Shown: positions 12,201 through 23,273, counted from the stretch's first letter. The stretch is 64,000 bases of DNA from Ranitomeya imitator (GCF_032444005.1 NC_091287.1:42470001-42534000); one strand, 5' to 3'. The notes: generated from the sequence alone by a model not told the origin. Made by a program: numbers and translations.

Positions 12201-13361
12201 GGTCCCTGAGAGGCCCTGGACACATATTTCTATGGATTTTATTTCCGATCTTCCGGTTTCCCAGAGGATGTCGGTTATGTGGGTTGTTTGTGACCGGTTC
12301 TCTAAGATGGTTCATTTGGTGCCTTTGCCTAAATTGCCTTCCTCTTCGGATTTGGTTCCGTTGTTTTTTCAGCATGTGGTCCATTTGCATGGTATTCCGG
12401 AGAATATTGTGTTCGACAGAGGTACCCAGTTTGTTTCTAGGTTTTGGCGGGCCTTTTGTGCTAGGCTGGGCATTGATTTGTCTTTTTCTTCTGCGTTTCA
12501 TCCTCAGACAAATGGTCAGACCGAGCGAACTAATCAGATTTTGGAGACTTATTTGAGATGCTTTGTGTCTGCTGATCAGGATGATTGGGTGGCTTTCTTG
12601 CCATTGGCCGTGTTTGCCCTTAATAATCGGGCTAGTTCGGCTACTTTGGTTTCGCCTTTCTTTTGTAATTTTGGTTTTCATCCTCGTTTTTCTTCTGGGC
12701 AGGTTGAGCCTTCTGACTGTCCTGGTGTGGATTCTGTGGTTGACAGGTTGCAGCAGGTTTGGGCTCATGTGGTGGACAATTTGTTGTTGTCTCAGGAGGA
12801 GGCTCAACTTTTGCTAACCGTCGTCGGTGTGTTGGTTCCCGGCTTCGGGTTGGGGATCTGTTCTGGTTGTCTTCCCGTCATGTTCCTATGAAGGTTTCTT
12901 CTCCTAAGTTTAAGCCTCGGTTTATTGGTCCTTATAGGATTTCTGAGATTATTAATCCGGTGTCTTTTCGACTGGCGCTTCCGGCCTCTTTTGCGATCCA
13001 TAATGTCTTCCATAGATCTTTATTGCGGAAATATGTGGAGCCCGTTGTTCCCTCTGTTGATCCTCCGACCCCTGTGTTGGTTGATGGGGAGTTGGAATAT
13101 GTTGTTGAGAAGATTTTGGATTCCCGTTTTTTGAGGCGGAAGCTTCAGTACCTTGTCAAATGGAAGGGTTATGGCCAGGAGGATAATTCTTGGGTTTTTG
13201 CCTCTGATGTCCTTGCCGCTGATTTGGTTCGTGCCTTTCATCTGGCTCATCCTGATCGGCCTGGGGGCTCTGGTGAGGGTTCGGTGACCCCTCCTCAAGG
13301 GGGGGAGGGGTACTGTTGGGAATTCTGCTTTTGGGCTCCCTCCGGTGGTTGTAGGTGGTAA
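9253..13361 (+). pseudogene. gag-pol polyprotein (gag, CCHC, protease DSGA, RT YLDD, RNase H, integrase HHCC/DDE, chromodomain), disrupted
   Basis: ORFs 9430..10296, 10303..12891 and 12759..13361 contain IVYLDDIVIFS, GHPG, ISMDF, QTNGQTER and EYVVEKILDSR...YLVKWKGYGQEDNSW. There is a TGA at 10294 and single-base frameshifts near 9337, 9425 and 12808. Confidence 0.93.
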
Positions 13362-14046
13362 TGCAGTTGTCCCTGGGCTGCAGTCCTGGACAAGTGTATC
13401 TGCTGATTGCAATTCTGACTGGGGTATTTAGGTTTGCAGGACTCATTAGTCCTTGCCAGTTGTCAATGTTTCTTGGGAAGTGTCGGATCTCTGTCTGGCT
13501 TCTCCTGCTTAGCTGCCAATTCAGCACAGATAAGTGTCTGTTTCTTTTTCTGTGGCACACAAGCTGTGTGCTTGTTTTTTGATTGTATTCCTGCTCTGAG
13601 TGTAGGAGTCTCTGGAGTTGCAGATATACGTTCCACGTCTTTAGTTAGATTGAGGAATTTTTTGTATAATCTGCTGTGGATATTTTTGGAAGGGTTTTAA
13701 TATTGACCGCACAGAACTCTGTCCTATCCTTTCCTATTTTAGCTAGAGTGGCCTCTTGTGCTAAATCCTGTTTTTCTGCCTGTGTGTGTCTTTCCTTTCC
13801 TACTCACAGCCAATATTTGTGGGGGGCTGCCTATCCTTTGGAGTTCTGCTCTGAGGCAAGGTAGTATTCCTATTTCCATCTATAGGGGTATTTAGTCCTC
13901 CGGCTGTGACGAGGTGTCTAGGGTTTGTTAGGTACACCCCACGGCTACTTCTAGTTGCGGTGTTAAGATCAGGATTTGCGGTCAGTATAGTTACCACCTA
14001 CTCCAGTGAAGTTTTCATGCTGCTCCAAGGTCACCGGATCATAACA
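13314..14046 (+). mobile_element. 3' LTR of Gypsy copy 2 (733 bp)
   Basis: Direct repeat of 8391-9117, preceded by the polypurine tract GGGGGGGAGGGG. Confidence 0.95.
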
Positions 14047-14689
14047 GGGGCGTCTCTAGGGTCCCGGAAGAGCTCCGAGCCTTCCCGTCAAACGGGTGCG
14101 TCCTAGCCATAACAAACCTGTGGGACGGAGAATAGAAAGAACGAGAAAGAACTAGAAAGAACGAGAAAGAATGACAACAGAAGTTGGGAGGACTATCCCG
14201 AATGCTCAGCAGGGAAGCACTACAACACACAGGCGCTAGTGGTAGGCAACGATTTCCACCTGCAAAGGGAACTCTGGATGTGCCTTCGGACCGGCCGGTC
14301 TCAGACAGCCCTGTTAACAGTGCTCTGGATTGAGGATCCTGAAGAAACCAGTAAAGAGGTAAAGAGACTGCATCCCTGTGTCCTCGTTATTGACTGCACC
14401 TCACACCATCGCCACCTACACCACTGGGAAGCCCTGGGGACATACTTCACCTGTGGGAAGGTATACCATCTAGCTGCCATCACATCACCCCAGTGGACCC
14501 CGAGCAGCGTCGGTCACCCTGACCAAATACCACAGGTGGCGTCACGAAACCTTGACAGACTTGTATCACTTTTATTGGACGCCTCTTAGCAGGGTCACGG
14601 ACCGGGTCCAGCCACCGTGACAACCCCAGAACTGAACCAGAGAGGACCGGTACCGAGTAACCCTTGGCCCTGCGTCTGGGGGCGCTCCA

Positions 14690-14757
14690 GAACCATCTCA
14701 AGGAGGATCACAAGGAAATGGACAGCATGTGACTTAAATATGAGTGTTTGAGCAAAG
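14690..14757 (-). mobile_element. Remainder of the Tc1 element (5' UTR side), truncated before its second inverted repeat
   Basis: GAACCATCTCAAGGAGGATCACAAGGAAATGGACAGC continues the Tc1 sequence broken at 7771. Confidence 0.65.
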
Positions 14758-14859
14758 TAACGTTGGTCCGAGTGTTGTTTGTATTTTACAAGGACACCAC
14801 TTAGACTGACAATAAGGCCGTGTGAACATCTCTTTACTATTATATCTTCTCTCTTATAA

Positions 14860-15008
14860 TGATAACATTAATCTTTATTTATAAAGCGCCAACATATTCA
14901 GCAGCGCTTTACAATTCAAGAGTTCACAAACAAGTCATAAGTAACAACGTTAAATACAATAAGCAAAATAATGATGACCGTGCTCGTAAGAGCTTACAAT
15001 CTACAATG
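14860..15008 (-). mobile_element. L2-type LINE/SINE 3' tail
   Basis: TTTATAAAGCGCCAACATATTCAGCAGCGCTTTACA motif, shared with copies at ~22690, ~61625 and ~62680. Confidence 0.65.
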
Positions 15009-15503
15009 TAACTGAAGATTTGTTTACCATTTTGGAATTTTTTAAGAAAATAAAATATGAATCCTGGCATATTGTGTAAGTGGCACAACTAAGTGGCACA
15101 TCTGATTTGCATGGGTGATCTCACCGCAAAGTGCTATGTTTTTTGTGATCCGTTAATTGAGAATAAGGTTTTTAAAGTTAAAACTTGTGTAGCCGGTTTT
15201 CACCCCGCGGCTGCCGCATGTAACCAACATCACAACTGCAATATTTTGCAGTTATTTTGTAATATTTTGAAAGTAACAACTGTAGGCTCGCACAGCCTTG
15301 GGCCACATACAGAAATGGTATCTGATGCGAGGATTACCCAAAAACATGCAGCCAATTACTGCATTGCAAATCCATGTCAGGATATCTGCACACTTTCACT
15401 GAGTTTTGCTGCAGAAATGTGTATATATTTTGAGTTTTTGATGAAGATTTGGAGGTTTTGCTTCAATAATTCCTCTAAAAATTTAGTGTGGACATACCGT
15501 TAG

Positions 15504-15674
15504 GGCCGGGGTCACACTTGCAAGTGTGATGCGAGAAACTCGCGCATCAATACCCTGCACTCTGGACCAGAGCATGCGGCGGTATGTATTTCTATGCAGC
15601 TGTGCACTCTGGCCCGAGTGCCGGGTATTGATGCGCGAGTTTCTCGCATCACACTTGCAAGTGTGACCCCGGCC
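15504..15674. mobile_element. PIF/Harbinger-type palindromic MITE, TSD TAG/TAG
   Basis: GGCCGGGGTCACACTTGCAAGTGTGATGCGAG...CTCGCATCACACTTGCAAGTGTGACCCCGGCC with ~50-bp arms and a 3-bp duplication. Confidence 0.85.
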
Positions 15675-16331
15675 TAGGTCAGATTCATGCAGACGTCTGT
15701 GGAAATCAGTCCGATCTTGGACCGCAATGTACAGACTGGCCTCGGCTCTTCCAACTCGATCATCAACACTTCACATATGTCTATGAGGTTCTCACTCTCG
15801 GGTCAGGAGGCCCGTGGTCAGGCAGTGTCCATGCATTAGCAGTCTGTGCTCGGTCTGCATGAGTGCTTAGAGAATGTGCCAGCGGTGTTTTTTTATTAAA
15901 CATCTTTTCTGAGGTTTTTTTACCGCTGGCGCCTCTTTTTTTTATTCTATATATAAAATAATAGCGGCCGCTAAACGGAAGCTGCCTGAAGACTCGCCAG
16001 GTCACTTCTTGGCTTTGGAACCCTGAAGTGGTTAATACAAGTGACAAAAGACAAAACATGTGCCCAGCAACATTGTTTTTACATCATGTATGATAATTCT
16101 TTGTAGCATTTTTTTTCTTTTTTGGGGGCGGCAGGGTTGCTGTTTTAGGCTACTTTCACACATCAGTTTTTTGCTCACTCACAATGCCCGGCACCACACC
16201 TGGCACAGAGGAGCGGACCGTGCGGCTGCATGTATTGCTATGCGGCCGCACGCTCCGATCGGAGTGCCGGCAGCAGCGCCGGGTATTAACACTCGAGACT
16301 CATCCGAGTTTCGCGCAAGTATGAGCCCTTA

Positions 16332-16744
16332 GGCTACTTTCACACTAGCGTCATTTGGGATACGTCGCAATGCGTCGTTTTGGGGAAAAAACGCATCCTG
16401 CAAAGTTGTTTGCAGGATGCGTTTTTGCCCCATAGAGTAACATTACCGACGCATTGTGACGTATTCACACACGTTGCAACCGTCGTGCGGCGGTTGCGTC
16501 GTGTTGTGGCGGACCGTCCAAACAAAAAAAAGTTGCTTGCAACGTTTTTTTGAGCGTCGTGTCTGCCATTTCCGACTGCGCATGCGCGGTCGGAACTCCG
16601 CCCCCACCTCCCCACAACGGGGCAGCGGATGCGTTGGAAAAATGGGTCCGCTGCCCCCGTTGTGTGGCGCTTCCACAGTATGCGTCGGTACGTCGGCCAG
16701 ACGCACTGCGATGGACCGAGTACGACGCTAGTGTGAAAGTCGCC
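16332..16744. mobile_element. PIF/Harbinger-type MITE, TSD TTA/TTA
   Basis: TIR GGCTACTTTCACACTAGCGTC / GACGCTAGTGTGAAAGTCGCC. Confidence 0.85.
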
Positions 16745-17029
16745 TTAGGCTCAATGTGGAGAATTTAAAAATCGGATCCGTCGCAAAATGTGAAAAACTG
16801 ATGCAACGTATCCGACGAGAGAGAGTGAGTGAGAGAGACCGTGAAAATAAAAAAGACGTTGTGTGTGCACATAACTGACATTGAAGTACCGGCAGAACCT
16901 ACACAGCAGCCTGCAGAGAGTCCCTGCCGGCTTTGATCAATCTCCCTGTACTTTACACCACAATTCTCTGCACACTGTGGCTCTCCAGCTGCTTCTCTGT
17001 AAGAAGCGGACATGCTGAGCGTTGTAGTC

Positions 17030-17720
17030 GCCTGGCTACAAGCTGAAGGAGTCGCTGTCAGCTGGTGTGGTCACGTGGTGCGGGGTAGAAGGTCGCTCGA
17101 TCACAATGGAGCTGTCGGAGGACTCGCTCCGGGGATTGCAGCGGTTAGCGGATCCGGCCCAGTTTAGTCCTAGGGCGTTCGGTGCTGTCCTCCGGGCGGC
17201 CTTCCTGAGCCTGAGCCTGAGCCCGGACCAGGCCGCACATCCTGCTGTAGGTAAGGGAGAGTGGGGGCAGGGACTCGGCCGGCTGCTGCAGCCGCCTTTG
17301 TGCAGCCCGCGGAGCGCTGTGCGGGCAGAGCCGGGCGGCCGCACCGTGCACGTCACATTACTACAAGCTTTTGTTCGCCTTCTCAGCGCTCGGCGGCATT
17401 TCTCTTGGCAGACAACCGGGAAGAGGCGGGAGGGAGCTGTGTGACAGGCCGGCCTAGCAGCAGCTGGAGGGGCGCCGCCTGCCAGTAGGATGGGGCCGGT
17501 CGCTGCTGCTGTACTGGATCTCGGGGGAATCATGGTGACCGAAAAGACAAAACCTGAGGCCGCTGCATTGTGACTGTCCTGTCCGAGAGGCCGAGCCTGC
17601 TGCCCGGGGCAACCATTCCCAGCGCCGCTTATACGTGCAGGCTGCATGCTGATTGGCTGCTGCGGACATCACCAGCTCTGGACTCCGAGTGCTGCTACAT
17701 TGTAGTTCTAAAGTAACAAT
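17030..17720 (+). promoter_or_regulatory. COMMD3 CpG island / promoter; E-box GTCACGTGG at 17070-17078
   Basis: High GC and CpG density around exon 1; CACGTG at 17072-17077. Confidence 0.75.
17106..17250 (+). CDS. COMMD3: COMMD3 exon 1 (MELSEDSLRGLQRLADPAQFSPRAFGAVLRAAFLSLSLSPDQAAHPAV)
   Basis: Resembles the human N-terminus MELSESVQKGFQMLADPRSFDSNAFTLLLRAAF; donor G|GTAAGG, phase 1. Confidence 0.93.
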
Positions 17721-17976
17721 TGGACGCGAAACTGACGTTTGTGGAACAAAAGAGCAGAACTCTGCGTGGAATTGTTTGTTCCACACACATTGCATTGCTG
17801 GTAACGTCCAGAAACGTCAGGCTTTGCCACACTTTACCTGCAGGGATCTATGTGTAGGTTGTGGGGCTGTCTGTGGCTTCAGCCTCTGCATGCAAATAAG
17901 AAAACTCTCACTCAATTCACTGACAAACAGATTTTGAAAGTTTTCATTCGTTAAAAGTCTATTGGAAAACTCCTAA

Positions 17977-18268
17977 GGGTCTGTGTCCACGTTCAGGATT
18001 GCATCAGGATTTTACCTGCCTAAAATCCTGACCAAATCTGCACCTGAGGTCACTGGCAGGTCACCTGCGTTGTCCTTGCGTTTTTTCTGCAATGTAAGGA
18101 CATGCTGCGTTCTTAAAAGATGTGCCGCATGTGCTTTTCCCGTGGGTCCGCCGCATGCGTCTTTTACTGCATAGTGGAGACGGGATTTCATGAAATCCCC
18201 TCCACTATGCTGTAACATCTGGACGCTGCGTCAAAAACGCGGCGTTTCCTGAACGTGGAAACCTACCC
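17977..18268. mobile_element. Harbinger-type MITE (COMMD3 intron 1)
   Basis: TAA|GGGTCTGTGTCCACGTTCAGGA...TCCTGAACGTGGAAACCTACCC|TCA. Confidence 0.75.
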
Positions 18269-18493
18269 TCATATAAAAATGTGACCTCCCTGATGTGGGC
18301 AGCTGGTGGGATGTCTCTCCTGAATTATCAGAACTGTAAAGTGTGGGATGAAAAATTTAAAGGGGCTGATCACTTTATCTTTATTCTATCAAATGTGTGG
18401 GGAAGATAATTTTTCACCGCTTACTAATAAATAAGCATTAAGCTGTGCACAGGATGAGCCTTATTGTGGCTGAGTCAGAAACCTAGCATCTTA

Positions 18494-18854
18494 GGGTATG
18501 TTTCCACGGTCAGGAAGCGCTGCGGATTGTATGCTGTAGCGGCCAGATGTTACAGCATAGTGGAGTGGATTTTACGAAATCCCATCTCCACTATGCATTT
18601 AAGCACTCAGGCACTAGACCTGCATATCCGCACATGCGGCGCGTCTTTATAGACAGCAGCATGTCTATTTATCTTGCGGAGAAGCTCAGTCTCCGCAAGA
18701 TAAATTACAGTCAATGTATAGGATGCGGTGATTCCGCATGTGTTCAATGAACATATGCGGAATCACCGTGCGTTCAAAAGCCGGCAGTGCTTTGGACGGA
18801 GCGGGTATCTGCTGCATCCAAAGCGCTGCCATTCCGGTCCGTGGAAACATACCC
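18494..18854. mobile_element. Harbinger-type MITE (COMMD3 intron 1)
   Basis: TTA|GGGTATGTTTCCACGG...CCGTGGAAACATACCC|TCA. Confidence 0.8.
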
Positions 18855-19108
18855 TCACAGTTTCAGCAAAGTGGATGGGATTTATTGAAATCTCGTTCCC
18901 ACTGTGCTTTTTTTTTCTTCTCAGCATAAACTGACCTGCAGTGCATGTTTCAAATCCGCATTATGTAATTTTCTCTTGTTTTATGGGCGGAAACACATAT
19001 AAAGTGCATGTGATCCGCACATGAATGTATCAATAAAGTTTTGTCAAAGTCAAATACCAGGAAGTATAAAAAACAAAGCAGCTTTGTTTAAAACATGACA
19101 GACCATAA

Positions 19109-19937
19109 GGCCACGTTCACATGGTCAGCATTTGCCCAGTATTTTATATCAGTATTTGTTCTACTCCTGCTTTTTTCTTACAACCAGAGGAAAAGTATAA
19201 GGGCTCATACTCACTTGTACGAAACTCGGATGAGTCTTGCATGTTAATACCCGGCGCTGCTGCCGGCACTCAGATCGGAGAGTGCGGCCGCATAGGAATA
19301 CATGCAGCCACACACTCCGCTCCTCTGTGCCAGGTGCAGTGCCGCGTATTGCCATGTGAGACTCATCCGATTTTCGCACAAGTGAGTATGAGCCCTAAGG
19401 CTATGTGCCCACGTTGCTCTTTTTGTATGCAAATTTTAAAATGCGTTTTACAGTACCAGCAAAAGCTATGAGATTTCAGAAATCTCATGCACAGACACTG
19501 TTTTTTTTCTTGACTGATTTGTAAAACTGTGCTGCACTTTTGCAAACTGCAGCATGTCACTTCTTTAAGCATTTTTACAGCTTTTTTTCACCCATATTAA
19601 GTAATGAATAAGTGCAAAAATGCAGTTATCGGATTTTGCTGTTTTTTTGGTGCAAAAACGTTAAGGAAGTTGCATCATATTTTTATTGGCAAACTAAACT
19701 TTTATCAGCATGCACAAGAGACAACATAAATGGAGCAAAAAATGCAGAAAAACCTGCTTTTTGTAAGCAGCTTCTTTACTGCCAATAGAACAGTTTGCCT
19801 GCGGGAAAAAGCGCAGCAAAAACGCAAAGTATGAACATAGCCTCATAGAAACGCGTGCACCACTTCTGCATTTTTCACCCACTCTTGGTTTTGGCTTACA
19901 AATGCTGATGTAAAATATTGAATATGAAAACGTGGCC
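19109..19937. mobile_element. Compound MITE: host (GGCCACGTT...AACGTGGCC) containing two further MITEs (19201-19395 and 19399-19842)
   Basis: Junctions TAA|GGGCTCATAC...GTATGAGCCC|TAA|GGCTATGTG...CATAGCC|TCA; the uninterrupted host type is seen at 23274-23467. Confidence 0.85.
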
Positions 19938-20062
19938 TAGAGAGTCAAAAAATGAATGTAAAAAAGCACACAAAAAACTAAGTTTATTAGTCTAATTTAC
20001 TTCAATAGGTGCAGAAAATCTAGAACATCAAAAACTCACCAAAAGCTCATTGTGGGAACATA

Positions 20063-20385
20063 CTACAGGAACAAAATAGCCGGTCTCAGGAGCGCAGAAG
20101 GAGAACACAGACACCAGTTAGGGTAAAACCACAAGGCGTTTCAACGGCGTGCGCCGTCTTCTTCAGGTGGATATTAGAAGAAGAAGACGGCGCACGCCGT
20201 TGAAACGTGTTGTGGTTTTACCCAAACTGGTGTCTGTGTTCTCCTTCTTCGCTCCTGAGACCGGCTATATTGTTCCTGTTGCAAGCCTTTCTCCCCTGTT
20301 GTGGGGTATCTGGCTGGAGCACTTATTTCCTCCTCATTGGGACGGCCGCTAGCGCTCCTTCTACAAACCGCCATTTGTTGTTCTA
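20063..20385. mobile_element. Penelope-like (PLE) non-autonomous insertion with inverted arms and a 15-bp target-site duplication
   Basis: CATTGTGGGAACATA duplicated at 20048-20062 and 20386-20400. ~100-bp inverted arms at 20065-20164 and 20179-20279, each carrying a hammerhead-like core. Confidence 0.75.
20129..20170 (-). ncRNA. Minimal type I hammerhead ribozyme motif (PLE type), stem III mutated
   Basis: Minus strand CCAC-CTGAAGA-AGACGGC-GCAC-GCCGTT-GAAAC-GCC-TT-GTGG; stem I CCAC/GTGG, stem II GACGGC/GCCGTT. Confidence 0.65.
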
Positions 20386-20624
20386 CATTGTGGGAACATA
20401 GACTTAGAGGTGCTCCTCTTGTTTGCACAGTTATCCTGTTCACAAAATGATTCCTCCAATTAAAAATCAGCTTTGCGATGTGCGCTGTCTTTCTATTGGA
20501 GGAGGCTGGTGGACAGGTCTAGTCACATGCTCCTCCATCGGAAGTCATTTGGTGGACAGGAGAGCTGTCCAGTATGTGAGGAAGGGAACAGGAACAAGGG
20601 CAGTAGAATATGCTGTAAGAGTTA

Positions 20625-20995
20625 GGGTATGTGCACACGTTGCGGATTTTGCTGCGGATTCGCAGCGGTTTTGACTCAGCGGATTCGCAGCTGTTTTCCC
20701 TGAGTTTACAGTACCATGTAAACCTATGGAAAACAAAATCCGCAGTGCACATGCTGCGGAAAATACCGCGCCGAAACGTAGCATTTTTATTCCGCAGCAT
20801 GTCAATTCTTTGTGCAGATTCCACAGCGGTTTACACCTGCTCCTCAATAGGAATCCGCAGGTGTAAAACCGCAGGTGGAATCCGCACAAAAAACGCATAA
20901 AATCCGCAGGTAAAACACAGTGCTTTTTACCTGCGGATTTCTCAAAACAGGTGCTGAAAAATCCGCAGAGGTTCCATCTGCGTGTGCACATACCC
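20625..20995. mobile_element. Harbinger-type MITE, TSD TTA/TTA
   Basis: GGGTATGTGCACACG...CGTGTGCACATACCC; same family as 61108-61467. Confidence 0.87.
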
Positions 20996-21884
20996 TTACA
21001 AAAAATCATGTCCTCAAAACATTGAGTAAAATAAAGATAAAGTGGTTATCCCCTTTTAAAGGGGTGGTTCTTGTAATAATCTCACCTGTTGAAGCCCTTG
21101 TAGGTCCAGCTGTTCTTTGCATGTAGGGTTTTAGCAGTGACATCTGATCTACTATATATGGCGGTTGCAGTCAAATAGGAGTCTCATGCCATCCACCTCG
21201 ATATTCCTGCAGAGGCCACTTGTTGTAGATGTAACATCATTACAGAAAGGTGTTGCTGCATCACCTACCTGTACAACCCCTTTAATGACCTTTGATATGT
21301 GCAATAGAGGAAGTGGCAGAGAGCTGCCTGGTCCAAATGTTATAATAATTTCTCCTGCTGATACAACAAGTAAGGGTATGGACATAACTGTAGCATTGGA
21401 CACCCCTCCCCCCCCCCCCCCCCCCCAAAAAAAAAAAAAAAAAAAAAACAGGGAATAAAGATGGATATAAATACAAAGAAGGTAGTATGAATTAATATGA
21501 ATAAGTATCACATTTGTTCCCTATTGGTACACTTCTGAAACTTGACCATGACAGTGGAGCAGCACTATCATCAGCCTTTGGGAATCAGCATAGGGTATTT
21601 TGCAAATGAATTACACAATGATAATGTGATAACTGAGCAATGCTGACATGAGCCCATCAGGAAGTCGTATAAGAAAGACCACAGCTGCAACTACTGGTGA
21701 CCAATGGATATTGTGCCCATGATATAAAAAAAAATAAAAATAACAGTGTGGTCACTGATACAGAAATTAATTTGGTACTAAGGAGAAAAAGCGATTAGAC
21801 CATGCTAATAGAGGTTAGGGGCAGTAAATGAAGAGCAGCAGGGTACTGTAGCATTAGCGAAAAATAGTATTGCTGGTTAAATAA

Positions 21885-22275
21885 GGGTATGTGCACAAGT
21901 TGCGGATTTCCTGCGGATCCGCAGCATTTTTTGCGGTGCAGAAACGCTGCAGATCCGCAAGTAATTTACAGTACTATGTAAATCAATGGTAAAAAAGAAA
22001 AAAATGTTCTGCTAATGGTGCGGAAAATTCCGTACGGAAAATTCCGTGCGGAAACGCTGCAGATTAAAAGAAGTAACATGTCACTTATTTTTTTGCGGAT
22101 CTGCAGCGTTTTTGTACCCATTCCATTATAGAAATCTACAGGGGTAAAAAACGCAGTAAATCCGCAAAAAATCTGCACAAAAAATTAGTCAAATCCGCAC
22201 CTGCGTTTTCTGCCAAGAGATGCAGAATCCGCACCAGAAATTCCTAAGCCTAATCCGCAACGTGTGCACATAGCC
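21885..22275. mobile_element. Harbinger-type MITE
   Basis: TAA|GGGTATGTGCACA...TGTGCACATAGCC|TTA. Confidence 0.83.
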
Positions 22276-23273
22276 TTAGGCCATGAGTCACTGTTGGATA
22301 GGTTACATTATTGGAGCTAAAGTTCATTATAGCAAAAGTGAGGACATGGAATTGTTAAGCTTAGTTTGTATTCAAAGTATCTCAGCTCTGGCCATTTGCA
22401 TATGTCTATTTTGTTTTACAGATACTTTAAGAACATAATGCTGGGGCTGTCCCACAACAGTATTTCTCTGAAAAAAAATGTTGCTTATTTAGAGCTCTGA
22501 TTTTGCTGTAAATAAAACAGCCAAGTTGCCAACAAGTCGCATGAAAATCGCATGTCTTGTACAACTTGCATTGAAGTCTACGGCAAGCGTGTCGCATGCG
22601 ACTTTTGACCGGTGACAGAAACTCCAATACATTTGGAAAACATGCGATTCTGTATCTCAGTCGTAGGCTGCAGCGCATCACTATTATTTTTTTTTTATAT
22701 ATAGCGCTAACATATTCCGCAGCGCTTTACACATTATCACTAACACATTATTATTATAATTGCACTGTAGGAAATCATTACATCCAATGATACATCCAAT
22801 CCAATGATGCAATGTCATACTGAGATTTCAGCAGCAAAACATGCTGCTATGTAGCCCTAGCCTAAATAAAACATTTCTAAAGTACATTTCTTATAAAACT
22901 CCCTCCATATTAGGAGCCTCTATATTTATTTACTAGGCCTCACCATCTTAGTGCTATTTTGAAAAAAAAAAAAGGATTCTAAAAAATAGAGGTATGAGAC
23001 CATATTTACAACCTGAAGTTGTTGGTTTTTTTTTACATTTCTGCTGCTAAAAATCTGTGTTGTTTCTCTGAATGGGGTTGTTTGAGCTGCAGGTTTATGG
23101 ATAGAACATCAGAAGATCTTTGTACAATAAATCTCTTGGGTGTGAAAGTTTCATAAGATTTCTCAAAAACTAAAAAACTGCAGCTTTGTCCTGCCCATGC
23201 CTTATAATTCATAGCACTAGGGATCCTGCCAGGCCTTGTAATTCATAACACTAGGGATCCTCAGTCTTCCTTA

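Larger units (their letters stand above)
8391..14046 (+). mobile_element. Full-length chromoviral Ty3/Gypsy LTR retrotransposon (5.66 kb), decayed
   Basis: Two LTRs (TG...CA), GGGGCG duplicated at 8385-8390 and 14047-14052, PPT at ~13298-13310, gag-PR-RT-RNaseH-IN-chromodomain order. Confidence 0.96.
7772..14689. mobile_element. Solo LTR (~1.26 kb: 7772-8390 + 14053-14689) split by a full-length Gypsy
   Basis: Termini TGCAGCGCCCC...GGGGCGCTCCA. Near-identical 4-bp flanks TAAC/GAAC. Tc1 sequence is contiguous on both sides once the LTR is removed. Confidence 0.75.

Noticed and set aside
17036-17647. 203-aa antisense ORF over COMMD3 exon 1
   Set aside because: A stop-poor, GC-rich CpG island with no recognisable homology.
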